A stretch of 64,000 nucleotides of DNA, taken from a virus (Duplodnaviria > Caudoviricetes). The notes beneath the pieces are model-generated. The model ran no database searches. It saw only the letters and a program-made list of their open reading frames with translations, and was not told where the DNA came from. Made by a program: the position numbers and the translations under genes. The stretch lies in the IMG/VR virus record IMGVR_UViG_3300008259_002461. One strand, given 5' to 3'. Shown here piece by piece: positions 16,508-27,300 of the stretch. Position 1 is the first letter of the stretch. Every line of letters starts with the position of its first letter.

Positions 16508-18955
16508 TTGGTCACCCAAGTAAACGCCAACGGTAACCCTGTACTTACCCCTGGGGGTAATACAATAACTACCACTGCATCTAATCTAGTGCAGTCTAGT
16601 ATAAACACTAGCGGAAGCATTGCATTAGGAACAGCAAATGTTGTTGTTGGCGGCGCAGCGTCTGCTGTAGTAGGAGTTGCAGGTGCTGTGGTAGGAGCAG
16701 CAATTAAACCTGTAGTTGATGTAGCACGTCAAGTTAACACAGTTGTTGAATTAATTCAAAATCCTACTTTGGGAGGCGCCCTGGCGCTCTTAGGACGCGG
16801 ATTTCCACCTTACAGAAATGAACTAGACCAATTTGCTAGTTACAATTATATTTTTACTCTGTCGTGTTTGACTAATTTAGAATTAAACTATCCGTTAAGT
16901 TACAGAACAGTTGGCCCTTTAATACAAATAATTAGAAGCGGAGGCACTGGTGGAAAAAAACTTCCCACTATATATGAGACAGACGGAGTAGTTGAATTTT
17001 TTATTGATGATGTAACAATTGATTCATATATTGCACCTAATTCTAGGACTAGACATTCTAACGCAATGGCGATTAATTTTAATGTAATTGAACCATACAG
17101 TATGGGCCAGTTTTTACAGAATCTTAGAACAGCGGCATTAGTTGCTGGACATTTAAATTATATTGAAGCACCGTTTTTATTATCAGTAGAATTTATTGGT
17201 TACGATGATGAGGGTAATATTAAATCACCGTTCTTTTCAAAGAGGCATATTCCAATTAAACTTATTAAAGCTGATATGAATGTCACCGAAGCTGGCGCAG
17301 TTTACAGCGTGTCTGCGGTTCCATATAATGAAATAGCCTTAACAAATACTAATAGAGAAGCAAAAACAGACGTTGACGTTAGAGGATCAACAGTAGGTGA
17401 AATTTTACAATCAGGACCTAATAGTTTAACCAGCGTGTTAAATGAGACAATGATTAAACTTCAAGAAGCAGGCCAAGTCAATACTGCTGATCAATATGTG
17501 ATTAGTTTTCCTAAAGGTGATTTTATCTCTAGCGCAGTAGGCGGAGTTACTAGTTCTACAAGTGCTGTTACATCGTCGTCTAGCACACGCCAGCAACTGT
17601 ACGAAGCACTCACTGGAATTAAAGGAGGAAACATTCCTCCAGAGTTTGAAAAAAAATTACAAGAATTAAAAGGGGTGTCAATCACAAGATCAGCTCTTGG
17701 TGAGGCTGTTCGTGCCGAAGCCAATGCACAAGTTTCTTGGAACGATATAGGCAGTTCTAAAATTGTTAAAAGTTTCTTAGACGGCGGAAAAATGCCATTT
17801 GCAGAACCTTCTTTTGTTGAGATGCAGGATAATAAAGGTCATATACTGCGTGGCGCAATGCAGACTAGCGATGAAAACAGAAAGTTTACATTTAAGTCTG
17901 GAACTACTATTGAAGAAATGATCGAAGAAGTTATTTTAAGCAGCGACTATGCTAGAAAATTTGTTGAGAAAACAGCAGATGCTAAAGGCAAAATAACATG
18001 GTTTAGAATTGAAACTCATGTTTACAATGTAACAGATTGGACAACTGTAGGACAAATAGGAAGGAGTCCTCGAATATTCGTATATAGGATCTTGCCTTTT
18101 AAGATTGACGCCGCAAAGATTGAAGGATCTAAACCTAACGTATTTAAATCGTTAATTAAACAGTCTAGTGCTATTAAAGCATATAACTACATTTACACTG
18201 GACAAAATATCGATATTATTAATTTTGATTTAAATTTTGATCTATCATTTTTTACTAATATTTCAACTACTAGAGGCCAAATGCAGGCTGGTAGTAAAAA
18301 ACCAGATGGTATGGCAGCTGGTACACCTGATCCTAATTTTGTAGGCCCGTTACCAGTTCCGTCTCCTGCGCCTGCTGAAGGTTCAGCAGCAGTTAATAAT
18401 TCAACAGGTCCTCAGACAGGTAAAAAAGGTGGCGGCGCTAAAGAACACGTTGAGAATTCTATAGCTAGAATGTTTAATGATTCTATATTAAACAGTGATG
18501 CAGATTTAATTAATGTAAAATTAACAATACACGGAGATCCCTTTTATATTATAGACGCAGGTTTAGGAAATTATTTAGGAATTGAAAATCCAATAAACGA
18601 AGCAATAACTATAGAAGGATCGTTAAATCCTAGAAAAGGTGAAGTAGATGTAGTTTTAAATTTTAGAACTCCTATAGACTATGATGGCGAAGACGGCTTT
18701 GTGAAATATCCTCTAGGAGGGTTTTTACCTATAGGTATGTTTAGCGGAGTATATCAAGTTATTTTAGTAAACAACAAGTTTAGTAAAGGTCAATTTACAC
18801 AAGAATTAGACCTAGTGCGAAAACGTGGCCAAGACTTAACATTAGAGGGCCTTGCAAGTTCAGCAGTATCATTATTTAAAGATGCTAAGGCACTAGTAAC
18901 TGGATCTAAGAAAAATCAAATAGATGAAAAAGACGCAAATGCAGGACCTCCATAA
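16508..18955 (+). CDS. Baseplate hub protein, gp27/VgrG-N-like
   Basis: 815 aa, TTG start, between gp53 and gp5. C-terminal LTIHGDPFY and SGVYQVILVNNKFSKGQFTQELDLVR are typical of hub proteins. Confidence 0.65.
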   Translation: MVTQVNANGNPVLTPGGNTITTTASNLVQSSINTSGSIALGTANVVVGGAASAVVGVAGAVVGAAIKPVVDVARQVNTVVELIQNPTLGGALALLGRGFPPYRNELDQFASYNYIFTLSCLTNLELNYPLSYRTVGPLIQIIRSGGTGGKKLPTIYETDGVVEFFIDDVTIDSYIAPNSRTRHSNAMAINFNVIEPYSMGQFLQNLRTAALVAGHLNYIEAPFLLSVEFIGYDDEGNIKSPFFSKRHIPIKLIKADMNVTEAGAVYSVSAVPYNEIALTNTNREAKTDVDVRGSTVGEILQSGPNSLTSVLNETMIKLQEAGQVNTADQYVISFPKGDFISSAVGGVTSSTSAVTSSSSTRQQLYEALTGIKGGNIPPEFEKKLQELKGVSITRSALGEAVRAEANAQVSWNDIGSSKIVKSFLDGGKMPFAEPSFVEMQDNKGHILRGAMQTSDENRKFTFKSGTTIEEMIEEVILSSDYARKFVEKTADAKGKITWFRIETHVYNVTDWTTVGQIGRSPRIFVYRILPFKIDAAKIEGSKPNVFKSLIKQSSAIKAYNYIYTGQNIDIINFDLNFDLSFFTNISTTRGQMQAGSKKPDGMAAGTPDPNFVGPLPVPSPAPAEGSAAVNNSTGPQTGKKGGGAKEHVENSIARMFNDSILNSDADLINVKLTIHGDPFYIIDAGLGNYLGIENPINEAITIEGSLNPRKGEVDVVLNFRTPIDYDGEDGFVKYPLGGFLPIGMFSGVYQVILVNNKFSKGQFTQELDLVRKRGQDLTLEGLASSAVSLFKDAKALVTGSKKNQIDEKDANAGPP

Positions 18956-20379
18956 TGTCAACTGATTCAAGAACTGCCCCTAGAGAGCAAAACCCTTCCG
19001 GCATATATGTAGGAATGGTAGTTAGTCATCTCGATACAAAGTTTATGGGGTCTTTAGAAATTGAACTATTAAAGTCAACAGAGTCGGGTAACTTAACAAG
19101 ACGCACAGGACAAATTGTTCAAGCAAAATACATGAGTCCTTTTTACGGAATAACACCGTATAAAGATATGACCAAAAATAGTGGTTATGCTAATACACAA
19201 AAAAGTTACGGATGGTGGGCAATACCTCCTGATCCTGGCTCATTAGTGCTTGTGTTGTTCACAGAAAATAATTTTGGTAATCCGTATTGGATAGGCTGCG
19301 TACAAGACGAATATACAAATTTTATGTTACCAGGGTATGCTGCTACCACGTTCAATGATTTCGACAAAGCTACTGCTTTACCAGTTGGTGAATATAATAA
19401 AAAAGTAGAAACTGCCTCGGGTAGAGATCCTACAAAATTTATTAAACCGTACAACAACATTGCATTTGACCAACTTGAAATCCAAGGCCTTACAGCTGAC
19501 CATATAAGAGGAACAACAACCTCTAGTGCTAGAAGAGAAGCACCTAGTATGGTGTTTGGAATGTCAACCCCGGGCCCATATGATGTAAAAGGACCAAAAG
19601 CTGAATACGGGCCTCAAGGCTCAAGAATTAACGTGCCATTTAATCGATTGGGGGGTAGTTCGTTTGTAATGGACGATGGAGACATGAGTCTTCTTCGTAA
19701 GAAGCCACCCAGCGGAACCGACGCTGGCCCATTAGAATATGCTAGTGTAGAAAACGGAGAAAAAGACGGCAACGTACTTCATCCTGCAAATGAGCTAGTG
19801 CGAATTAAAACAAGAACAGGTCATCAAATTGTATTTCATAACTCTGAAGATTTAATTTACATTTCCCACGGTAGCGGTAACAGTTGGATTGAAATGACTG
19901 GCAACGGCAAAATTGATATTTACGCTAAAGATTCAATCAGTGTACATTCAGAAAATGATCTTAATTTTTCAGCAGGTAGAGATATTAACTTTAGAGCAAA
20001 AAATAATATTAATGCAACAGCTGGTGCTAATGTTTTTGTAAAAGCCATAGAAAATATAGAACTTAAAGCAGACAAAGATGGCAGAATATATGCCAAAGGC
20101 AGTACACATATTAGAGCTGAATTAGATCATATTGAAACTACAGTCAAAGGCAAAATTTTTATGAATAGCTCAGTTACGGCAATTCAAGCAAAGGATGCAT
20201 TTATACCTAAAAGAGTTCCTCAACACGAACCGTGGAGAGAACACGAAAATCTTAACCCTAAGGATTTTACACCAGAGCAGACTAAAGCGATTAGTCCTAC
20301 AGAAGAAGATCCAGATGCAGTACTACCGCCATTTAATTTTCCACCAATCGCTGACACATTTAAGAAGCCTACAAAATAA
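18955..20379 (+). CDS. gp5: Baseplate central spike, gp5-like (OB fold plus beta-helix, no lysozyme domain)
   Basis: WWAIPPDPGSLVLVLF...PYWIGC OB-fold motif; IKTRTGHQIVF...IYI...GNSWIEM..NGKIDIYA..SISVH beta-helix repeats. Confidence 0.85.
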   Translation: MSTDSRTAPREQNPSGIYVGMVVSHLDTKFMGSLEIELLKSTESGNLTRRTGQIVQAKYMSPFYGITPYKDMTKNSGYANTQKSYGWWAIPPDPGSLVLVLFTENNFGNPYWIGCVQDEYTNFMLPGYAATTFNDFDKATALPVGEYNKKVETASGRDPTKFIKPYNNIAFDQLEIQGLTADHIRGTTTSSARREAPSMVFGMSTPGPYDVKGPKAEYGPQGSRINVPFNRLGGSSFVMDDGDMSLLRKKPPSGTDAGPLEYASVENGEKDGNVLHPANELVRIKTRTGHQIVFHNSEDLIYISHGSGNSWIEMTGNGKIDIYAKDSISVHSENDLNFSAGRDINFRAKNNINATAGANVFVKAIENIELKADKDGRIYAKGSTHIRAELDHIETTVKGKIFMNSSVTAIQAKDAFIPKRVPQHEPWREHENLNPKDFTPEQTKAISPTEEDPDAVLPPFNFPPIADTFKKPTK

Positions 20380-20381
20380 GG

Positions 20382-20387
20382 TAAATA
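20382..20387 (+). promoter_or_regulatory. Late promoter core (GGTAAATA) for gp25
   Basis: TAAATA ending 5 nt before ATG 20392, with no SD. Confidence 0.5.
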
Positions 20388-20391
20388 TATT

Positions 20392-20850
20392 ATGAGCGCA
20401 CTAGAAAAAAATCTTTATAAACAAATATCAGTTAAGTCAACTAGATCTAGATCCAACGATAATGTTGCAACCGCAGCACCTACTTATAAAGGATTTAGCA
20501 CAGTAAATTCTACAAATTCTAGTCCAGCACTTTATGATATTGCTCTTATCAAACAAGATATTATAAATCACTTTCATATTAGGCAAGGTGAAAAATTAAG
20601 TGATCCAGAATTTGGCACTATAATTTGGGACATTATTTTTGAACCTCTAACAGACGATACTGTAAATGCAATAATTCAAAATATTTCTAGGATTGTTAAT
20701 TATGATCCAAGAGTCAAGGTTAATAAGATTGATGTCAAGCAACCTTACGAACATGCAATTCGGATTGATTGTGAATTGGTATATTTGCCTTATTCAATTG
20801 TAGAAAAATTACAATTTACGTTTGACGAAAAAGCTGGGTTCATCAATTAA
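20392..20850 (+). CDS. gp25: Baseplate wedge/sheath initiator, gp25 family
   Basis: IKQDIINHFHIRQGEKLSDPEFGTIIWDIIFEP...IVNYDPRV. Confidence 0.93.
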   Translation: MSALEKNLYKQISVKSTRSRSNDNVATAAPTYKGFSTVNSTNSSPALYDIALIKQDIINHFHIRQGEKLSDPEFGTIIWDIIFEPLTDDTVNAIIQNISRIVNYDPRVKVNKIDVKQPYEHAIRIDCELVYLPYSIVEKLQFTFDEKAGFIN

Positions 20851-20869
20851 CTACGCACTTTTCAAATCA

Positions 20870-20877
20870 AATAAATA
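20870..20877 (+). promoter_or_regulatory. Late promoter AATAAATA for gp6
   Basis: Near-consensus followed by SD AAGGA and ATG 20902. Confidence 0.6.
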
Positions 20878-20901
20878 TTGATATAGTTAAGGAAAGCGCA
20901 C

Positions 20902-23900
20902 ATGTCATCTACAGATAGACAAAATAGATTATTACTTGCAGAAGATTGGAAGCGTGTCTACCAATCTTTTCGCAATGCAGATTTTCAAAGTTATGATTTT
21001 GATAATCTAAGACGTACGATGATATCGTATCTAAGAGAAAATTATCCCGAAGACTTTAATGACTATGTTGAATCAAGCGAATATCTTGCGTTAGTAGACT
21101 TAATAGCGTTCCTTGGGCAAAATATTGCTTTCCGTATAGATTTAAACGCTAGAGAAAATTTCTTAGAATTAGCAGACAGACGTGAAAGTGTATTACGACT
21201 AGCTCGATTACTTTCTTATAATCCTAAGAGAGTACAATCTTGCAATGGATTATTAAAAATTGCATCAGTTAGAACCTCAGAAGAAATTCGCGATAGCAAT
21301 AACATTAATTTACAAAATCAAACTATAGTATGGAATGATCCTAGTAATATTGATTGGTACGAACAGTTTATAAAAGTAATAAATGCAGCCTTACCTGTTA
21401 ATGGTACGTTTGGTCGCCCAGTTAAAAAAGACAACGTTAATGGAATTCCTACAGATCAATATAGATTGAATAGTACAAATTCAGAACTACCTGTTTATTC
21501 ATTTAATAAAACAATTGACGGCAGAGCTACAACTTTTGAAATAGTTTCAACTGATGTATCTGATGGAAATATTCTTGAAGAAGCTCCCTTCCCAGGAAAT
21601 AATTTTGCTTTTATATATCGAGACGACGGACGTGGTCCAGCAAGCTCAAACACAGGATTTTTCTCACATTTTAGACAAGGAAATCTAGACGAAGGATTGT
21701 TTAATATTTCGGCGCCTATCTCAAATCAAACTGTTTCTATTGAGTCTCCTAACATTAACAACTCCGATGTATGGCTCTATCGTTTAGATTCATTTGGCAA
21801 TGAAACAGAATTATGGACTAAGGTTGATGCACTAGAAGGCAATAACGTAATCTATAATAGTGTAAACAAAAAAAATAGAAACATTTATAGTGTACTAACT
21901 CGTGTAGGTGATAGAATTAATTTAATATTCTCCGACGGCACATTTGGAGAATTACCTAAAGGTCAATTTAAGATATATTATAGAACAAGTCTACCAGATA
22001 GATTAATTGTTGGCCCTGAAGATATGCGAGCTATTTCTATTACAATTCCGTATCTAAGCAAATTAGGCAAAGAAGAATCAATAGTTATAACTTTTGAACT
22101 AAAATATACAGTTGATAATAGTAGTCCTAGCGAAAGTAACGACAGCATTAAATTAAATGCTCCTAGCACATATTATACACAAAATAGAATGATAACTGGT
22201 GAGGACTATCAAATAGCACCTCTAGGTATTAATCAAGAAATTATTAAAGTTAAAGCAGTTAACAGAACATCAAGCGGAATAAGTCGTTACTTTGACTTAA
22301 TAGACGCTACAGGAAAATATAGTCAAACTACCCTGTTTGGGAACGACGGTGTTGTGTATAAAGAATTTTTAGAATTACAAAAAAGTTTTACTTTTAATAC
22401 TCGAACAGACGTTGAAGGAGCAGTAGAAAATATAATCGTTCCTATCCTCAATGATAAAAAACTTAGAAATTATTATCACGATAGATTTCCAAAAATTCTA
22501 ACTAGCGACTTAGGAGTTAACTGGGTCCAAGAAACTAAAGAAACTAATCTAAGCACAGGATATTTTAAAAATAGAGAAGAGGTAAAATCAAGACTGGGTA
22601 GTTTTACAGCATCTATTCTTAGTCTAGTACGTCCAGGAGCCATGATAAAATTAGTAGCACCTGGATTCCGACCAAAAACTGTTCCAACAGCAGCGGACCT
22701 ATCAACTAATCATTTCGTTCCTGATGGTACCATGCGAACCGGCGTTGCTAACAGTCTAGGTGCGTCTTATTATAATTGGGTTAAAGTGTTAAGTGTCAAC
22801 GGCCCAGGAGTTGACAATACAGATGACGGATTTGGACCTGTAGCACTCAATGACATAATACCAGGACCAACAGCAGGAGTATCTCCAATTGGAGCAATTC
22901 TTGCAGAAATTAAACCAACATTACCTAACGATTTAACTGATGAAGTTAAGGCTCAAATAATTGATCAAATATTTGCTAACAGAACTTTTGGTATCCGTTT
23001 TGATCAAACTAGCGGTCAGTGGCGTGTTATTACAGAAAATAATTTAAACACAACATCTGAATTTTCTACAGGTAAAACAGGTGATGCTACAAATCAGCGG
23101 TTAGATTCTAGTTGGCTTGTATGGTTTAAAACTGACGGCGAGCGATATACTATTACATATCGAGCTATGAGATTTGTATTTGAAAGTGATCAAGAAATTC
23201 GGTTTTATTACGATAGCAGCGACAAGATATACAACACAAAAACTGGCAAAATTGTTAAAGATACTATAACAGTATTAAACGTTAATAATAAACCTGATGA
23301 AACAAACTCGTTCACTAAAGATTTTAACTGGGAAATAGTTGAAGCTTATCGTGATACTGAAGGTTATGTTGACAGTAAAAAAATAGAAGTTAGTTTTTAT
23401 GACGACGACGAAGACGGAGTAGTTGATGATGTAGAATTATTTGAACAAATCGTATCACCACAAGTTAATCAAACACAAAAATATGTTATGTTTGAAAAAT
23501 ATCTAACACAAGACGGAGTTGAAGATTTTAATTTTTATTCCAATGATACTCAACAAATAATTGTACTAGCAAGGAAAGCTGACCTATTACCACTAAGCGC
23601 ATACAACGACGGCCAAGTTTTTTATTACATTGATCTAGATATTTTTGAAGTATGGAATAAGGAACGAGGTGTGTTGGAGTTATCAATTAATTATAAAGCT
23701 CGCCTTGGCAGAGATAAACTTAAATTCCGTTATATTCATGCTGCGGATTCTAATTCAAGGATTGATCCTAGCGCAAGCAATATTGTTGATTTATATTTGC
23801 TAACAAAAGCATACGATACAAGTTTTAGACTTTGGTTAACTGAAGAAATAATAACTAAACCATTACCACCAAGTAGTGATCAGTTGTTTATAAATTATAG

Positions 23901-24399
23901 TTCCCAACTTAATCAAATTAAATCACTTAGTGACGAAATAATTTATCATCCAGTTAAGTATAAGATACTGTTTGGAAAAAATGCAAGTGATGATTTAAAA
24001 GCAACATTTAAAGTTGTAAAAAATCCTGACATGGTATTAAATGATAACGATATAAAAGCAAGAGTAATATCAGCTATGTCACAATTTTTTGCACTTGAAA
24101 ATTGGGAGTTTGGCGAAACGTTTTATTTCTCTGAATTAAGCAGTTATGTTATGAATAGAATGGCACCAGATTTAGTAACATTTGTTATAGTGCCGTTCCA
24201 AGATTCTCAAGCATTTGGATCATTGTTTGAAATTAAGGCAGAAGCAGATGAAATTTTTATCAGCGGAGCAACAGTTGATGATATTGAAATAATAGATGCT
24301 ATTACAGCGTCTAGATTAAAAGCAGGCGGAAGAGTGATTACCCAGTCAACTAGTACTAATGTAGGAATACAAAGTTCGTCTACCGGAGGATACAATTAA
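20902..24399 (+). CDS. gp6: Baseplate wedge protein, gp6 family (extended)
   Basis: SYDFDNLRRTMISYLR..YPEDFNDY.ESS, A.RRESVLRLARLLSYNP, ES..SIKLNAP..YYTQNRMITGEDY. Confidence 0.92.
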   Translation: MSSTDRQNRLLLAEDWKRVYQSFRNADFQSYDFDNLRRTMISYLRENYPEDFNDYVESSEYLALVDLIAFLGQNIAFRIDLNARENFLELADRRESVLRLARLLSYNPKRVQSCNGLLKIASVRTSEEIRDSNNINLQNQTIVWNDPSNIDWYEQFIKVINAALPVNGTFGRPVKKDNVNGIPTDQYRLNSTNSELPVYSFNKTIDGRATTFEIVSTDVSDGNILEEAPFPGNNFAFIYRDDGRGPASSNTGFFSHFRQGNLDEGLFNISAPISNQTVSIESPNINNSDVWLYRLDSFGNETELWTKVDALEGNNVIYNSVNKKNRNIYSVLTRVGDRINLIFSDGTFGELPKGQFKIYYRTSLPDRLIVGPEDMRAISITIPYLSKLGKEESIVITFELKYTVDNSSPSESNDSIKLNAPSTYYTQNRMITGEDYQIAPLGINQEIIKVKAVNRTSSGISRYFDLIDATGKYSQTTLFGNDGVVYKEFLELQKSFTFNTRTDVEGAVENIIVPILNDKKLRNYYHDRFPKILTSDLGVNWVQETKETNLSTGYFKNREEVKSRLGSFTASILSLVRPGAMIKLVAPGFRPKTVPTAADLSTNHFVPDGTMRTGVANSLGASYYNWVKVLSVNGPGVDNTDDGFGPVALNDIIPGPTAGVSPIGAILAEIKPTLPNDLTDEVKAQIIDQIFANRTFGIRFDQTSGQWRVITENNLNTTSEFSTGKTGDATNQRLDSSWLVWFKTDGERYTITYRAMRFVFESDQEIRFYYDSSDKIYNTKTGKIVKDTITVLNVNNKPDETNSFTKDFNWEIVEAYRDTEGYVDSKKIEVSFYDDDEDGVVDDVELFEQIVSPQVNQTQKYVMFEKYLTQDGVEDFNFYSNDTQQIIVLARKADLLPLSAYNDGQVFYYIDLDIFEVWNKERGVLELSINYKARLGRDKLKFRYIHAADSNSRIDPSASNIVDLYLLTKAYDTSFRLWLTEEIITKPLPPSSDQLFINYSSQLNQIKSLSDEIIYHPVKYKILFGKNASDDLKATFKVVKNPDMVLNDNDIKARVISAMSQFFALENWEFGETFYFSELSSYVMNRMAPDLVTFVIVPFQDSQAFGSLFEIKAEADEIFISGATVDDIEIIDAITASRLKAGGRVITQSTSTNVGIQSSSTGGYN

Positions 24400-27300
24400 T
24401 GGCATACGATGATAGACAAACAGAATTACCTTTACCAGGTGACGGATCTGAAAAAAGAAAAAGTGAAATTCATCTTCCAAAATATTTTCGAACAGAATCT
24501 AATACTAAATTCTTATCAAGCACCCTTGATCAGTTACTACAGCCCGGCGTGGCAGAAAAACTTAACGGATACTTTGGCAGAAAAACTGCTACAGCGTTTA
24601 ATCCATCAGACACATATATAGCAGATGTTTCCAAAGACAGAGAGGATTATCAGTTTGAACCAGCTTCAGTAATTACAGACGCATTAGGTAATGTAGAATT
24701 TTTTAAAAATTATAATGACCTTATTAATCAAGTTAAAAACTTTGGCGGCGTTAATCGCAATCATAGTAATATAAACAAAGAAGAATTTTATACTTGGGAT
24801 CCCCATATCAATTGGGATAAATTTACAAATTTTAGAGAATACTATTGGTTACCCACAGGTCCCCAAACACTTAATATTGTTGGTGATGTTAAAGAAATAA
24901 CCAGTACATATTCTGTATCTTTGCAAGATAACGGTGACAATTATTCTTATATTTTTTCGCCTGACGGATTAACTCCTAATCCTAATTTTAAATTATTTAG
25001 AGGAGTTACATATAGGTTTGAAATCAATACACCGGGTTTACCTCTTACTTTTAGAACACAGCGTACCCTTGATGATGCATTTTTAATTAAACAAGGAATT
25101 AATGCCCAGGCAGTTGAAAACGGAGTTATTGAAATAACTTTAAATGAAGCTACTCCTAATGAAATTTTTTATGTAGCTGATAATAATATTAATCTTGGCG
25201 GAGTAATTCGCGTAGCAAATATTGAAGAATCTAGTTTTATTGATGTAGAAACAGAAATTTTAGGTAAAAAAACATACACTACAAAAGCCGGATGGAGTGT
25301 AACTAACGGTATGAAAATTAGATTTGTTGGAGAAGTAATCCCAGCAATATATTCAAACTCTGAGTGGTATGTAGAAGGTGTTGGAGATAAGATTAAACTA
25401 ATATCCGACATTGATGTTGAAGTATCTTTTCCGGTAGGCATTGACCTAAACGTTCCTTTTGACACCGAAGACGGATTTGATAGATTACCATTTAGCTCTG
25501 CAATTGGTTTTCCACGAGATAAAGATTACATTGTAATTAATAGAGCATCTAGCGACGGCAATTTTTGGAGTAGATATAATCGATGGTTCCATAAAGATGT
25601 CATAGAATTAGTAGCAAGTATTAATAATCAACCAGCAAATCTTGATCAAGCTGCAAGAGCCAATCGACCAATTATTGAATTTGAAGCTAATTTAAAATTA
25701 TTTAATTTTGGTACAACAACAAAACCTGTTATTGATTTAATAGATGATTTTAGCGTAGATGCATTTTCCAGTATTGAAGGAACACTAGGGTATAGTGTTG
25801 ACGGAGTTCAGTTAAGAAACGGAATGCGAATATTGTTTTTAGCAGACACTGATCCGTTAGTAAGAGGAAGAATTTTTAAGGTTGAATTTATTAAATTTAC
25901 AGGTAGTGGTGTAGCAGGACAGATCGCACTACGAGAAACAGAAGATTCTTTACCTCAGATAAACGAAAACGTACTAGTAACTAAAGGAAATACCTACACA
26001 GGATCTATGTGGTTCTTTAACGGTACAGAGTGGAAACGTGCCCAGGAAAAAACACAAGTTAATCAGCCGCCACTGTTTGATGCATACGATGCCGCCGGCG
26101 TCTCGTTTGCAGATACGTCAAAATACGAAGCATCAAACTTTAAAGGAACTGAAATTTTCAGTTATAAGACTGGAGTTGGCACAGCTGATTCTGTATTAGG
26201 GTTTCCGTTGGTATACCGTAGTATTGATAACGTAGGCGATATCTTATTTGATTTTGATTATAATTCTGATATAGTTGAATATCAGATTGATACAGTTCCT
26301 CAAACAGTTCCAATTGCTTCTGGTTATTTAAAAAAATATACAGATAAAAATAATTTTATTAATTTAGGTGCATGGACTAAAGCTGATAAACTTTCGTCTC
26401 AAGCTGTAATACTACAATATATTAATGATAACACTAAAATAAATTATCCTATTAATTGTTTTGATCAAAGTGGATTCCTTACTGATTTATTAGTAAGGGT
26501 GTTTGTAAATAACAAAGTAGTTAAAGAAGGGGTAGATTATGAATTAGTACTTACTGCTGACAAGTTTAAAGCAGTTAAGTTCATTAAAAATATTAAACTT
26601 AATGACGTAATTAAATTTAAGTGTTTTTCTAATACTGCAAAAAACGAAAACGGTTATTACGAAATTGCTGCTAATCTTGAAAAAAATCCTCTTAATGAAG
26701 ATGTAACAGATTTCACACTAGGCGAAGTTAATGATCATGTAGCAAGTATTGTAGAAAATTTACAAGCATTTACAGGGGTATTTCCAGGAACAGGAAATTT
26801 ACGTGATATAACAGATTTAAGTAAGTACGGCCGTAAGTTCATAAAACATTCCTCGCCATTAAATCTATCAATGTATCACTTGCTTGATAGAGAAGCTAAT
26901 TTAGTTAAATCAATTCGATACGCACGAAGAGAATACGGTAAATTTAAACGTCAATTTTTAGAGATTGCAAGCTCGTTAGGGTATGAAGGTCCAGTTAAAG
27001 AACACGTTGATCGAATACTGCTTGAAATTAATAAAGATAAAATTAATAAAATGCCTTTCTATTCTAGTGATATGCTTCCTTACGGAGCAGCTATTAGAAA
27101 CAGAATAACTGTAGAAGATCCTGACTCAAGATTTTATTCACTAACGCAGCCTTTTAAGTATAATGAAATTAATACAAGGGCTGTTGGAGTATACATTAAT
27201 AATGAACAATTATTATATCAGAAAGATTATGAGTTTAATGATAACGGATTTTTAATAGTAACGGTACAAAAAGAATTTGGCGATGTTCTCGATATCTACG

